The notes beneath the pieces are model-generated. The model saw only the letters and a list, made by a program, of their open reading frames with translations, was not told the DNA's origin and ran no database searches. The position numbers and the translations under genes were made by a program. Source: the human T2T-CHM13v2.0 reference genome, Homo sapiens. From it: a stretch of DNA of 64,000 nucleotides. Shown piece after piece: positions 40,633 through 53,713 of the stretch (positions are counted from its first letter, which is position 1; each line of letters begins with the position of its first letter). Location of the stretch: assembly GCF_009914755.1 (NCBI RefSeq), contig NC_060931.1. One strand, given 5' to 3'.

Positions 40633-41950
40633 TTGAGTCTTTAATCCATTTTGATTTGATTTTTGTATATGGTGAGAGATAAGAGTCTAGTTTCGTTTGT
40701 CCATATATGGATTCCCAGTTTTCCCAGCACTGTTTATCGAAGAGACTGTCTTTTCTCCAGTGTATGTTCTTGGCACCCTTGTTGAAAATGAGTTCACTGT
40801 AGGTGTGTGGATTTGTTGGTTGGCTCTCTATTCTGTTCCATTGGCCTATGTGTCTGTTTTTCTGTCAGTATCATGCTGTTTTGTTTACTATAGCTGTGTA
40901 GTATAATTCGAAGTCAGGCAATGTGATTCCTCTAGTTTTGCTCTTTTTGCTTAGGATAGCTGTGGCTATTCTGGGTCTTTACTGGTTCCATATAAATTTT
41001 AAGATTGTTTTCTCTATTTCTGTGAAGAATGTAATTAGTATTTTGATACAGATTGCATTGAGTCAGTAGATTGCTTTTAGTAGTATGGACATTTTAGTAA
41101 TATTGATTCTTCCAATCCATGAACATGGATTATCTTTCCATTTTTTGGTGTCCTCTTCAATTTCTTTCAGCAGTGTTTTATAGTTTTCATTATAGAGAAC
41201 TTTCACTTCTTTGGTGAATTCAGTTTCTAGGTGTTTAATTATATTTATAGTTATTGTAAATAGGATTATTTTCTTGATTTCTTTTCAGATTGTTCACTCT
41301 TGGCATATAGAAATGCTACTGATTTTTGCATTTTGCTTTGGTATCCTGCAACTTTACTGAATTTGATTATCGGTTCTAATAGTTTTTTGGTGGAGTCTTT
41401 CGGTTTCTACAGAAATAAGATCATATCATCTGCAATCCAGGATAATTTGATTTCTTCCATTCCAATTTGGATGCCCTTTATTTCTCTCTCTTGTCTTATT
41501 GCTCTAGCTAGGACTTCCAGTACTATGTTGAATAATAGTGGTGACAGTGGGCATCCCTGTTGTGTTCCAGATCTTAGAGGGAGGGCTTTCAAATTTTCCC
41601 CATTCAGTGTGATACTAGCTGTGCACCTGTCATATATGGCTCTTTATTGTGTTGAGGTATGTTCCTTCTATTCCCCGTTTTTTGAGTTTTTTTTTTTAAC
41701 ATGAAGGAATGTTGAATTTTATCAAATGCTTTTTCAGCATCAGTTGAAATCATAGGTTTTTGTCTTTCATTCCATTGATATGGTGTATCACATTGATTAA
41801 TTTGTGTATGTTGAACCATCATTGCATTTCAGGGGTAAATCCCACTTGACCATGTTGAAGGATCTTTTTAATCTATTATTGAATTTGGTTTGCTAATATT
41901 TTGTCGAAAATGTTTGCATCAATATTAATCAGGATATTGGCCTGTAATAT

Positions 41951-41984
<34 letters not shown>

Positions 41985-43937
41985 AATGTGTTTTAGTCTG
42001 GTTTTGATATCAGGTTAATACTGGCCTCATAGAATGAGTTTGGAAATATTCACTCCTCCTCTATTTTTTGAAATAATTTGAGTAGAGTTGGTATTAGTTC
42101 TTCTGTAAATGTTAGGTAGAATTCAGCTGTGAAGCCATTGAGTCCAGGCTTTTCTTTACAGGGAGACTTATTACTATGGTTTCAATCTCATTACTTGTTA
42201 TTTGTCTGTTTACGTTTTGAATTTTGTTCTTGTTTAATTGTGGTAGGTTGTATGTGTCTAGAAATGTCTTCATTTCTTCTAGATTTTCCAATTTATTGGC
42301 ATATAGTTACTCATAGTAGCCACTAATAATCATTTGAATTTCTGCAGTATCAGTGAAAATGTCTTCTTTTTCATCTCTGATTTTTAAGTTTGGGTCTTCT
42401 CTCTTTTTTCTTAGTCTGGCAAAAGCATTGTTGATTTAGTTTAACTTTTCAAAAACTAACTTTTTGTTTCATTAATTTTTTTTCACTTCAATCTTATTTC
42501 TGCTCTGATCTTTATTATTTCTTTCCTTCTGATTTGGAATTTGGTTTACTCATTTTTCTAGTTCTTTAGCATGAATAGTTAGGTTGTTTATTTGAAGTTT
42601 TTTCTCTTTTCCGATGTAGGCACTTATAGCTATAAACTTCCCTCAGTACTGCTTTTGCTGTATCCCCTAGGTTTTGGTATGTTGTGTTTCCATTATTATT
42701 TGTTTCAAGAAAAATTTCAATTTCCTTCTTAATTTTTTCATTGACCCACAGTTATTCTGAAGCATATTGTTTAATTTTCATGTTTGTTTGTATACTTTCC
42801 AAAATTCTTCTTGTTATTGATTTTTAGTTTCATTCCATTGTGGTCAGAGAAGATGCTTGATATTATTTCAATTTTTTTGAATGTTTTAAGACTTGTTTTG
42901 TGAACTAATATGTGGTCTATCCCTGAGAATAATCCATGTGCTGAGGAAAAGAATGTGTATTCTGTAGCCATTGGATGAAATGTTCTGTAAATATCTACTA
43001 GGTCCATTTGGTATATAGTGGAGATTAAGTGCAATGTTTCTTTGTTGATTTTCTGTTTGGACGATCTGTCCAATGCTAAAAGTGGATGTTGGTCTCCAGC
43101 TACATTTAGGGCCTATCTCTCTCTTTAACTCTAATAATATTTGCTTTATATATCTGGGTGTTGCAGTGTTGGGTGCATATATATTTATAATTGTCACATC
43201 CTCTTGCTGAATTGAACCCTTTATCATTATAGTATGACTTGCTTTATCTCTTTTTATAGTTTTTGTCTTGAAATTTATTTTGTATGATATAAGGTAGCTA
43301 CTCCTGCTCCTTTTTGGTTTCAATTTGCATGGAATATCATTTTTCCATACCTTTATTTTCAGTATATATGTGTATCTTTATAGATGAAGTGTGTTTCTGG
43401 TAGGGAACAGATCGTTGGTTCTTTTTTTTTTCTTTTAATCCATTCAGCCACTCTGTGTCTTTTGATTGGAGAGTTTAATCCATTTATAATCAGTGTTATA
43501 ATTGATAAGTAGAGCTGTTCCTGTCATTTTTTAAATTGGTTTTTGGGTTGTTTTGTGGTTCTTCACTTTCTTTTCTTCCTATCTTTTTTTTTTTTTTAGT
43601 GAAAGTGGTGTTCTACTTTGATACAATTTAGTTTCTTTTTATTTTTTGTGTATTCATTGTAGGCTTTTTGGTTTGAGGTTATCATGAGGCTTGCAAATGT
43701 TATCTTATAACCCATGATTTTAAGCTAATAACAGCTGAACACTGTTTGCATAAACAAACAAAACAAGCAAAAATAAAACTAATGAAGACTCTACTCCTTA
43801 ACTTCATGTCCCTGCCTTTAAGTTTTTGTTATTTATACTTGTATCTTATTGTAGTGCCTATGTCTTGCAAAGTTGTAATCATTTTGATTGGTTCATTGTT
43901 TAGTCTTTCTAGTTAAGAATAGTTTACACACCACAGA

Positions 43938-44232
43938 TTTTTTTTTTTTTTTTGAGACGGAGTCTCGCTTCTTTGCCCAGGCTAGAGTGCAGTGGCGCAA
44001 TCTTGGCTCACTGCAAGCTCTACCTCCCGGGTTAATGCCATTCTCCTCCCTCAGCCTCCCGAGTAGCTGGTACTACAGGCGCCCACCACCACGCCCGGCT
44101 AGTTTTTTTGTAGTTTTAGTAGAAATGGGGTTTCACTGTGTTAGCCAGGATCTCGATCTCCTGACCTTGTGATCCGCCTGCCTCAGCCTCCCAAAGTGCT
44201 GGGATTACAGGTGTGAGCCACTGCGCTCAGCC
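43938..44232 (-). mobile_element. AluY inserted in L1MA, TSD CACACCACA
   Basis: AluY diagnostics CTGCAAGCTC, GCCATTCTCC and GTGTTAGCCAGGAT; TSD at 43927-43935 and 44233-44241. Confidence 0.93.
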
Positions 44233-45029
44233 CACACCACAATTTTATAATATTATAGTGTTATCATATTCTGTGTTTCTTTGTTTGTGTACTGACTACT
44301 ACCAGTGAGTTTTGTACCGGAAGATGATTTCTTATTGCTCATCAACATTGTTTTTTCTTTTTTCTTTCCTATTGAAGTACTCTCTCTAGCATTTGTTACA
44401 GAACAGGTCTGGTGTTGATGCAATTCCTCAGCTTTTGTTTGCCTGGGAAAGTCTTTATTTCTCTTTCATGTTTGAAGATGTTTTCACTGAATATACTATT
44501 CTAGTGTAAACTTTTTTTCTTTCATCACTTCAAATATGTCATGCCACTCTCTCCTGCCTGCGAGGTTTCCACTGAAAAGTCTGATGCCAGATGGATATGA
44601 GCTCCATTACACGTTATTTGTTTCTTTTTTTTTGCTGCTTTTAGGATCCTTTCTTTATCCTTCACATTTGGATGTTATTTGGAATAACAGCATTTGTCCA
44701 TTTACAATCAGTTTGTATTAGAGAGTAGCAAGCAGTAGTTAAGTGGATCACTATGGTGCCAAGTACGTTCTTCTCTGACCATATTGTACCAATATTGTGT
44801 AACACTCTATCTCCTCCTGATGGTCAGGTCCACTTCCCCTGTCAAGATCGCATCGACACTGTGTGCCTGCTGGTCTCTTGAAACAAGAGCTCATAGTACA
44901 GTGACTTTAGAGTACAATGAAACTCTTACTGTGGCTGAGCATTCTCCATTTGCAGAGATGAGAATGCAAATTTCCCAGGTGGGTTCATGGGAAAGATGGT
45001 AAGTGGGATCATTTCTAGTTTTGCCCTTT

Positions 45030-45613
45030 ATTAGTTTTCTCTTGCTGCATAAGAATTTAACATGAACCTGGAGGCTTAAAACAACATCATTGGCTCACAG
45101 TTCTATAGGTCAGAAGTCTGGCATGGCTAGATGCAGTATCAGAAGATTGACATCAGTGTCAGCCAGGCTGAGTGCTTGCCTGGAGGCTCTGGGGAAAAGT
45201 ACACTTTCAGGCTCATTCTTCTTGACAGAATTTAATTCTTGCAGTTGTGGGATGGAGGTGCTGGTTATCTTGCTGCCTGTCAGCTGGAGACAGGCCTAAA
45301 CTCCAAGAGGCCACCTGTATTCCTTGCCATGTGGCTTCTTCTGCCCTCAAGTCAGCAACTGTACTTCAAATTCTTCTTGTGCTTTCTTCTTCTTTCACCA
45401 GCTGGAGAAAATTCTGTGCATTTATGGTGTTCATGTGACTAGGACAGGTCATGTAGAATAACCTCCTCATCTTATAGTCAACTGTGCCATTTAACATAAC
45501 CTAATTCCAGAGAGAAAATGCACTGCATTCACAGTCTTAAGGACTACTCAGGGTATATACATGGGGTGGGGGTATAGAAAATTGTGGGGCAACTTACAAT
45601 TCTGCTTACTACA
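45030..45613 (-). mobile_element. MaLR solo LTR (MLT1D/E-like)
   Basis: TATTAGTTTTCTCTTGCTGCATAA...GGCTTAAAACAAC...CTCACAGTTCTATAGGTCAGAAGTCTG...AATTCTGCTTACTACA. Confidence 0.8.
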
Positions 45614-46341
45614 CATCTGTTCTTCTATATATATCCTTTCTATTGAGGATAGAGCACCACCTAAAAGTTGTTGATTTACAATGTGCACTGTATCTTAAAA
45701 ACATACCTTATTGTGGCAAAACAGGATCTCAAATGGACTCTTCAATTATGCGTTTAATAGACCGTTCCATTGCTCTGTCACAATGGAAGCTTCTGAGTGA
45801 TACAACCATAGGATCTCTTTATCACATGACATTCTGTACCTTCTTTCTGTACCTTCTTTGTATAATGTGAGCCAATGAACAATGGTCCTGCTGAGGCTGT
45901 GTGGGCATAAAACATAAACTCATATACGGATATTTGTCTCTTCCTGTCAAAATGAGTCATTATACCTTTCAGGGTGTAAGGGCCTCAATATTTAGTAAAC
46001 TTGTCACTCATGGTTGGTTCATTCATTGTCTTGAGAGGTGATGTCATACCAGGCATCTGTTACCAGCAGCACAGACCACACTGAACTGATGGTCTCTATT
46101 GCTGAAAATTTTGACCTTGGGTGGTGGTAATAGCCAGATCAGCCTTAATAAGTGGGAGTTCCTGCTGTTAGTCCATGCATAATCTCGGTGCCTGCCACTG
46201 TCGCTACCCTGTGCCACTGTGGCTACCATTTTCCTGTGCCTTTTTGGCCAGGACTTGGATATCTGATAACAGAAGTTGACTGATGGCAACTGGTTGAGTC
46301 ATTTGGTCAACCTCATTTTGAGATCCTTCTCTTTGGTTAAT

Positions 46342-46734
46342 TATGTTAGGCTGCTTTTTGTGTTGCTATAAAGGAATACCTGAGGCTAGGTAATTTATAA
46401 AGAAAAGAGGTTTAATTGGCTCCCAGTTCTGCAGGCTATACAGGAAGCATGGTGCCAGCCTCTGCTTCTGGTGAGGGCCTCAGGAAATTAAAATCATGGC
46501 ATAAGATAAAGAGGGAGCAGGCACATTACATGGTAACAGTGGGAGCAAGAGAGAGAGGGAAGGTGCTGCCCACTTTTAAACAACCAGATCTTGCATGAGC
46601 TAACTAAGCAAGACCTCACTCATCACCAAGTTGCACCCATGATCCAATTACCTCACAACAGGGGACTGAACTTCAATATTGGAGATTACATTTCAACATG
46701 AAATTTGGAGGGGACAGACATCTCAACCATATCA
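46342..46734 (-). mobile_element. MaLR MSTA/MSTB solo LTR, TSD TTAAT
   Basis: GCTATAAAGGAATACCTGAGGCTAGGTAATTTATAAAGAAAAGAGGTTTAATTGGCTC...ACCATATCA; 5-bp TSD. Confidence 0.9.
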
Positions 46735-46869
46735 TTAATGCTCTGTTAGTCCATAATGTATGATACAAAGGCCTTCATATTTCCTGCTCACTACCATTTG
46801 TATATGCACATACCTTTAACTTAGACCTCTTTGTCCCTAATTTTTCAATATTTCTCCTTCCATGCTCCA

Positions 46870-47180
46870 AATGTACATATATATTACATATTACATATAT
46901 GTAATACATGTACATATATTTATATATAGATATATGTATATATCTATGTATATATGTAATATGATCATATATATTGTGGCCAGTGACAAATGGCCACACT
47001 TAAATATATGTACATGTATTTTATATTGACACATATATTGCATATATGTACATATATTTTATATTGACATATGTATATATCTACATATATATGTAATATG
47101 ATCATATATCTCATATCCAGTGACTTATATACATATTTACATACGTGTGTGTGTGTGAGTGTGTGTGTGGGCATGTGTGT
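46870..47180. repeat. Degenerate (TA)n/(TATG)n tract followed by (TG)n
   Basis: Seen directly. Confidence 0.9.
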
Positions 47181-47912
47181 GGGCCACTTCTCTTTCCACC
47201 CAGAATTAATGGGCAAGCGCATGATGTTCTTCCAGTTTGGAGGATTTTCCACAGCAGTGTCTTTTGAGGCCACTTCTGAGATGGCGTGCGCTCACATGTC
47301 TAGATGGTGCATCTGTGAACCAAGCTCAGGTGTTTTACCATTTTTGTACATAAAAAGACTGAGCACTGTAAGTCACATGTTCAAGGTCACACAGAGGGGC
47401 ATTGGCATAGTCAGGATGTGAGCTGGAATCTCAAGCTTATCAGTCTGATGTCTCTCCGTTCTACTGGCTTTTCCTTGATAATATCAAAGGTAAATGAGAT
47501 AATATCCTCTGACTTGGTTAGGTTAGGATTTAGACCTAGTTATTGGCCTTTTGTCCAGGAGGGAAAGTGGGGACAGATGCTGAGGATAGTACATGTCACC
47601 TTCGTAGGAGAGCCTTTGGCCTCTTCTTTAAGCAAGAGGTAGTGCTTGCTTCCCCTTTAAAAGAGAGGAGTGGACTGCTTCTGCATTCAGGAGGGTTTAG
47701 GGATATCTGAAGATTCAAGATTTTGCAGCCATCAACCCTGTTGTGCCTATCTTATTTGTTAGAGTCCCTTTTTTTCCCCCTACCATGGCTCTGATATTGC
47801 CATAGCAGGCCTTCTTTGGTGGGAGTTTAACATTCTTTGGAGCTTGGTTACCCTGACAATTAAGTCTTTGGCCTGGTCCTCTGCTTTCTCTGTCCTTTTG
47901 CTGCAGGAGATG

Positions 47913-48286
47913 TGTATTAATCCATTCTTGCACTGCTTTAAAGAACTACCTGAGACTAAGTAATTTGTGAAGAAAGGAAGTTTAATTGACTCACAGTTCT
48001 GCAGGCTGTACAGGAGACATGGCTGGGGAGGCCTCAGGAAACTTACAATCATGGTGGAAGCAAGTACGTCTTCACAAGGTGGAGCAGGAGAGAGAGCACG
48101 AAGTGGGAAGTGCTGCACACTTTAAACCAGATCTTGTGAGAACTCTCTCACTGTCATGAGAACAGCAAGGAGGAAATTTGCCCCCGTGATCCAGTCACCT
48201 CCCACTAGACGCCTCCCCACCCCCAAAAACTGGGAATTACAATTCAGCATGAGATTTGGGTGGGGACACCAAGCCAAACCATATCA
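47913..48286 (-). mobile_element. MaLR THE1D/MSTA solo LTR, TSD AGATG
   Basis: TGTATTAATCCATTCTTGCACTGC...CCAAACCATATCA; AGATG at 47908-47912 and 48287-48291. Confidence 0.9.
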
Positions 48287-48665
48287 AGATGAAAGCTCCT
48301 TTATAAGCTACTAAAGAGGCATTCTGGCCTTCACACCTTTTAATTACTGATCAACACATTCAGCTTCTTGTTATTCTTTTCAAAAGCATCAATAATGCTT
48401 AGCGGCAGCCACTTAATTCCATTGTTTTTAGAGTTACTATTCTCTCTCTATTTCTCAAATGCCAATATAATATCAACCAATACATTTCCTTGCAACAGTA
48501 TGCTATCCCGGTTTACCACCAGTGAAAGTTTAGCAATTATTCTGCTCTCTCGTACCTGGAGACATCTGTGCTTCAGTTACCACCAGTGGGGGGCGGTTCC
48601 TTATTGCCATCCAGGTCGTGGGTGATTGAGCTTCAAAATCTCATCTTAGTATCTGCTTTTATGGA

Positions 48666-48680
48666 CCATTCCTGGCACAA
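48666..48680 (-). other. Degenerate tRNA-Leu primer-binding site of the ERVL provirus
   Basis: Minus strand TTGTGCCAGGAATGG directly after the LTR end resembles TGGTGTCAGGAGTGG, the complement of the tRNA-Leu 3' end. Confidence 0.55.
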
Positions 48681-48682
48681 AC

Positions 48683-49507
48683 TGTTAGAGGTTGTGTTCT
48701 CTGGGAAGCTGACTCTGAAATGGAGATTGACATGCAGGGCATTTATTAGGGAGTTGATATGGTTTTGTTCTGTGTCCCCACCCAAATCTCATCTCGAATT
48801 CAAATTCCCGTAATCCCCGAGTGCCAAGGGTGGAACCAGGTGGGAGGTGATTGGATCATGAGGACGGTTCCCCCATGTTGTTCTTGTGATAGTGAGTTCG
48901 CATATGATCTGATGATTTTGTAAGTGTTTGACAGTTTCTCCTTCACACACACTTCTCTCTCCTGCCACCATGTGAAGAAGGTCCTTCTTCCACCATGATT
49001 ATAAGTTTCCTGAGGCCTCCCCAGCCATGTGGATCTGTGAGTCAATTAAACCTCTTTCCTTTATAAATTACTGAGTCTCAGGTATGTCTTTAAAGCAGTG
49101 TGAGAATGGACTAATATAGGAGTACTCATGAGATCTATACTTGAGAAAGGGAGAGAAAGAAAGAAAGATGAGGCAGAGGTAGAATTTGGAGAGTGATACA
49201 ATTCAACAGCAACCTTAGCTGATGTCATGAGATGGGATTGGGATGACCCTTTAGAGTTGTTCAGAGTTAGGCTAGGGAAATGGGCCTTTATAGAAAACCT
49301 CCACGCTTATTTCTTGATCAGCCATGGTGTGAGATATACTCAGAAAGGGTCCATAATCTAGATGGAGGCAGCTCTGTCAGTTGAGGTTGTCCCTGAAGAA
49401 GCTGACAGCCACGGGCTGTCATCATCAGTCAGTTCACCCAGCAGCTTAGAGAATGATATCTGCATACCTGAAAGAGGACTTGGGTGGCACATTGCAATGT
49501 CTAGTAA
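48683..49507 (-). mobile_element. ERVL 5' LTR (LTR16-like), split by THE1
   Basis: GGGAAGCTGACTCTGAAATGGAGATT...TTTATTAGGGAGT, resuming after the THE1 with GAGGCAGCTCT...CCCTGAAGAAGCTGACAGC. Confidence 0.75.
48755..49118 (+). mobile_element. THE1 (MaLR) solo LTR, TSD GGAGT
   Basis: TGATATGGTTT...TGTGTCCCCACCCAAATCTCATCT...GTCAATTAAACCTCTTTCC...GGACTAATATA; 5-bp TSD. Confidence 0.92.
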
Positions 49508-51070
49508 GTACATATTTTAATAGACAATTCAGTGAAAAAGCATGAAAAAATAACTTTACCTTCAACTATAGTATCTTATGTGGCTGTTACCAAGACACTA
49601 CCATATACCTAGGGATGATAAATTCTAATTTCATATTCAGTATAACAGAAGAAATGAACATATTCGATCTATAGTGCTCAGAAATGTCAGAAATGAATAG
49701 TTCAGACTTGTTTACTAGAAATCCAAGTTTTGATATTCACATTCACACAATTATTTTAATGCACTATGGGTGACATTTGTTCCTCTTTTCTTCCACTGAT
49801 CCATTATTAGGGCACTGGGTCAATTTTCACCAGAGTAAAAAAATCTGCTTCCCATTTTGCTTTATTATTATTATTATTATTTTTTAATCAGTAAAGAATG
49901 TTGGTAAAGAGACCAGACAGCTTTGAGTTTGTGAGTATAGGAAATGGGTGTTTTGGATCTGTGGTGGGTAAAATCATATTTGCATGGGGCTTCTCAGCTC
50001 AAGCATACATACTACCCTGTATTCTTTTGCTTCTTCCACAGGTGAATGGTTATTTCCATTCTTGAATGCATCATTAGTTGGTAGACAGAATGGGTATTAA
50101 GCTCTATTAGACATTTTCTAAAATCAAGGGCTACTTCTTTCTTTTTGATCAAAACAAATTTTTGATTCTTTTAAATAAAAGAAGAGGGAATGCGTTCACA
50201 AAATTGAGAAATTTAGATACCTGCAATCTCTTTTATTTGTCTTACAAAGAAATTGTACAGAAACATTCAGATGCTGCTCTTCTGTTTCAGTCCTCTCCTT
50301 TTTCAATGAATTATATTTTTCTATGTCTGTGCAGAACTAGAGTCTTCATGTTTTAGGGTTGGACGTTATCAGGCATCTTCCTCAAGGAGAGGAGGTTTAT
50401 GACCTCTTTCATTACAGAAACATTAGCATGGTGATGGCCAAGCATCACTCCATTACTTCTTTGGAGGAAGGTGTGAGGGACCTCAGCTGTTCTTTAGGGG
50501 CAACATTAAACAGCATTACATAAACTTCGCAAAGCAGCAAATGCTCTTGTCACAACATACATTTATAAAGGTTAAACATGTGTGTTCTATTATGGTAAAA
50601 TATAACATGCAATTTAACTTTCTGAGAGAGCTGTATGTAAATCTTTTGAAGCTTACTTGGGAGTAATGGCTAACAGCCTAGAATCATTGTTTTTATTTGT
50701 TTTTCTCAGACAAAAATATTATTTTATTTGTAAAAATGTTGTATTTGTGATAGGTATTAAGGGGACATCAGGTCTATAGTATGGTATTAAGTATCTAATG
50801 AACCAGAAACTATGAGAAATCAAGAGGGAAGGATAATGATTTGTTTATTTGACAAAAGTCAAGCCCAGCTTCAGAGACCTTTATTGCATATGTGAAAATC
50901 TAAAATCTCAAAGGGCTTTGCTCACACAAAATGCAAATACATTTTGTAAAGACTTTACATAATATGTGTTGACACAGGGAAATAAAATAATTCTGTTAAG
51001 AAAAAGGGGTTTCAAAGTTTATAGTTAAGCATGTCTTAGTTGAATGTGGTTTACTTTGTAGCCTTAAATA

Positions 51071-51454
51071 CAGTTATGTGTCGCTTAATGCCAGTGATCC
51101 ATTCTGGGAAATGTGTAGTCAGGAGATTTTGTTGTGATGTGGACATTATAGGGTAGAGTGCACGTGCACAAACCTGCATGATGTAGCCTACCCCACACCT
51201 AAGCTGTATAGTATAGTCTATTGCTCCTGGGCTACAAGCCTGCACAGCATGTGACTATACTAAATACTGTGGGCAACTGTAATACAATGGTAAGTATTTG
51301 TGTATCTAAACATAGCTAACCATTGAAAAGCACCATAAAAATATGGCATAAAACTGGTACATCTGTACAGGACAGCTCCATTAAAATCATATGGGACCAC
51401 TGTTGTATAGGCGGTCCTTCACTGACTGCAGTGCTATTATGTGGTGCATTACTG
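51071..51454 (+). mobile_element. Tigger3-derived DNA transposon (Tigger3a/MER7-like), TA TSD
   Basis: TA|CAGTTATGTGTCGCTTAATG...TTATGTGGTGCATTACTG|TA terminal inverted repeats; internal TATTGCTCCTGGGCTACAAGCCTG. Confidence 0.85.
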
Positions 51455-52426
51455 TAGTGGTATTATTTAATGCTCTAAGTTAGTAAATGGGATATCTTCC
51501 CATGCCTGAACTGGGCAGGATTTACAGCTGGAATAGCACACTGTTGGGAACAAAACCTCTAAATTCATTATGACAATGTTATTAAAAAAGCTTCATTTAA
51601 GGGGGAAGCTCTCTGAAATCTCCCATGACTGAGGGAAGATGAACAGGTTTGGTAGGTTTTACCATGACAGAGCTAGATGGAGGATATGAGGTATCCTGAG
51701 GGAATCACCTTTTTGGGGATTTTAGTGTTCACTGAGAGAGACTATCCAGAGATGGATACTGATATCTGCCAAAAATAACCTAATGATTATGAAGATCCAA
51801 ATATGCCTAGGTTAATTGTAGCAGTAACTTGCAGTACCATCACCAGACTTCGCTTCATTATAAGGCACCCCTACTAGTGATATTGTGGAGAAGGAAGCTT
51901 CTACACTTCACCTGCCTCTGCCTCAGGCTCTCTACTTTTTGGGAATCAGAAACTAAAGATGGCCACTAATTGGAGGTGTTTTCTGGAACAGGAGAAGGAC
52001 CTCTGCTTTTAGTGGGTTGGCTCTTGAGCTGCTGGGCTCAAGGACTTGGCATTACCAGAGGTGGTTAAAGAGCACTGGAGACAGATAACAAGAGTCAAGT
52101 TAAACTTGTAGTTGGATTGTGTGATAGAATCCCCACCGACATGTGCTAAATTGAAGCTCTGGGCTGAGAGCACTCCCTGGCATGAAGAGGCTGCTGGGAT
52201 CACTGGGTTTTAATACTCATACATGTTGAAAGACAGAAGCACCTATTTCACAGTTTGTAACCAATTCACTTTTCTTACAACATTAATTTCAAATGTTATT
52301 TATGGAACCCAGTAGTGCTACTTAGATAGTGATTGTTGAAGTTTGTCGAGGACGCTTCTGGATCCTAAATTCCTGACCCATGTAATAATTAATGTGCTGC
52401 AATTGGTAACTGCCCTAGAGTGGAGA

Positions 52427-52648
52427 CCAAGATTTCTTAACCTTCTGAACTACATAATTCTTTGTTAAGTGTGTGTGTTAGTGGGAAGTTGTCCTGTGCC
52501 CTGTAGGATGTTTAGAAATGTCTCTGGCTTCTATTCATTAGATACCAGTAGCACCACCCCAACCCCCCTTCCATTATGACAACAAACAGTATCTCCAGAC
52601 ATTGCCAAATGTCCCATGGCAGCAAAACTCCCTGTTGAGAACAACTGG
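52427..52648 (-). mobile_element. MER20 (hAT-Charlie) DNA transposon
   Basis: TGTCCTGTGCCCTGTAGGATGTTTAG...TCTCCAGACATTGCCAAATGTCCC...GTTGAGAACAACTG. Confidence 0.85.
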
Positions 52649-52849
52649 TATAGACAAAACAAACACGCCCACACATATAGCACACTGTTGTTGCAGTAAT
52701 AGTATGTTATAGCATTTACAGACACTAAAACAAGACAACAAAATATCCATAAGCAGTTATATAATGAGGTGTCTGCTTGCTTGCTTTTTCCTGTCAACCT
52801 CAACTCCACTGAGGGATCAGCTTAAGGAAGGTGTTGTAAGCCTGAGAGA

Positions 52850-53713
52850 AAGTGGCTTTTGATGACTGAGGCTTATGGTATCCTCTTAGATTTTGCACTG
52901 AATGTCTCACATGGTCTTACCTTAGTCCCAGGTCCTGCGTTTACACCTGAGTTTCAGTTGGTTTTTACTCATTCTCAGCTTGTCATTCTGTAGCACATCA
53001 ATGGCTCTCAGCAATAGCCATCTAATACTACTTCCTCCATGGGTTTCAAATGCTCAACACATCACACCTCCTAAGGGGTTCACTTCCATTCGTTCACTGT
53101 CCCAATTCACCACCAGTGAGAGAGTGTTAGGAGTTGGACTTCTGCCTTGTACTGGGGGCTCTCTGGCTCCTTTTACCTTGTTGTCAGGTTGGCAGCACAG
53201 ATTCCTCTCCCAAACTCCGTGACGCTTTCTCAGGTTATTTTTGGCACGAACTGTCACAGGTTGGGTTTTCTGGAAGCAAATGCTGAGATTGAATTTATGG
53301 TAAAAAATGTTTGTTAGGAATTCACAGTGAAGGACAAAAAAGGAAGGAGCAGAGTCGAGTAGTTTGCAAGCTGAACTGTGATGGAAGCTCCACAAAGCCT
53401 CCGGAAGCCCGTTGTGGTGTGGGGGATGGTGAGGAGGGGGGCACGGTGTTGCGGAATCTGAAGTAGACATTCCTCTTCAGAGTTGTCTTCTGTCAGGTTG
53501 AAAGTTCTGGGGCATTTTATTCCCACCTTGCTTAGCTTCCTGATGTGGGTGTCCTGGGAAGGGTATGACTTTGAGTGGGGCAGCTTCTCTCCAGCTTAGG
53601 TGGACCCTGAAGGAGCTGAGCATTAAAGATTGTCTGTTGACCACTCCCATTCCAGCGAGGCAGAAAGTCTCTCCTTGAAGGGAATTCTGAGTGGGCGTCT
53701 CCTGTTTTCCACA
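52850..53713 (-). mobile_element. Second LTR16-like ERVL LTR (53252-53713) with adjacent internal fragment
   Basis: TGTCACAGGTTGGGTTTTCTGGAAGCAAATGCTGAGA...GGGCAGCTTCTCTCCAGC...CCCTGAAGGAGCTGA; PBS-like TGGCAC just before the LTR. Confidence 0.7.

Larger units (their letters stand above)
39125..44665 (-). mobile_element. Large LINE-1 (L1MA2-4-like), 3' end through ORF2 into ORF1, decayed
   Basis: L1MA 3' end TTTGTGGGTACATA. Minus ORFs give [31 protein letters not shown] (RT), IINIYAPNT and SDHNGMKLKIN (endonuclease). (TC)n at about 41950-41984. Confidence 0.93.
44670..48682 (-). mobile_element. ERVL-class internal sequence (ERV3-16A3/LTR16-associated), fragmented by nested insertions
   Basis: Minus-strand RNase H-like AWFTD...GKSSK at about 47240-47330; integrase-like and gag-like remnants; tRNA-Leu-like PBS next to the LTR. 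Confidence 0.65.
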
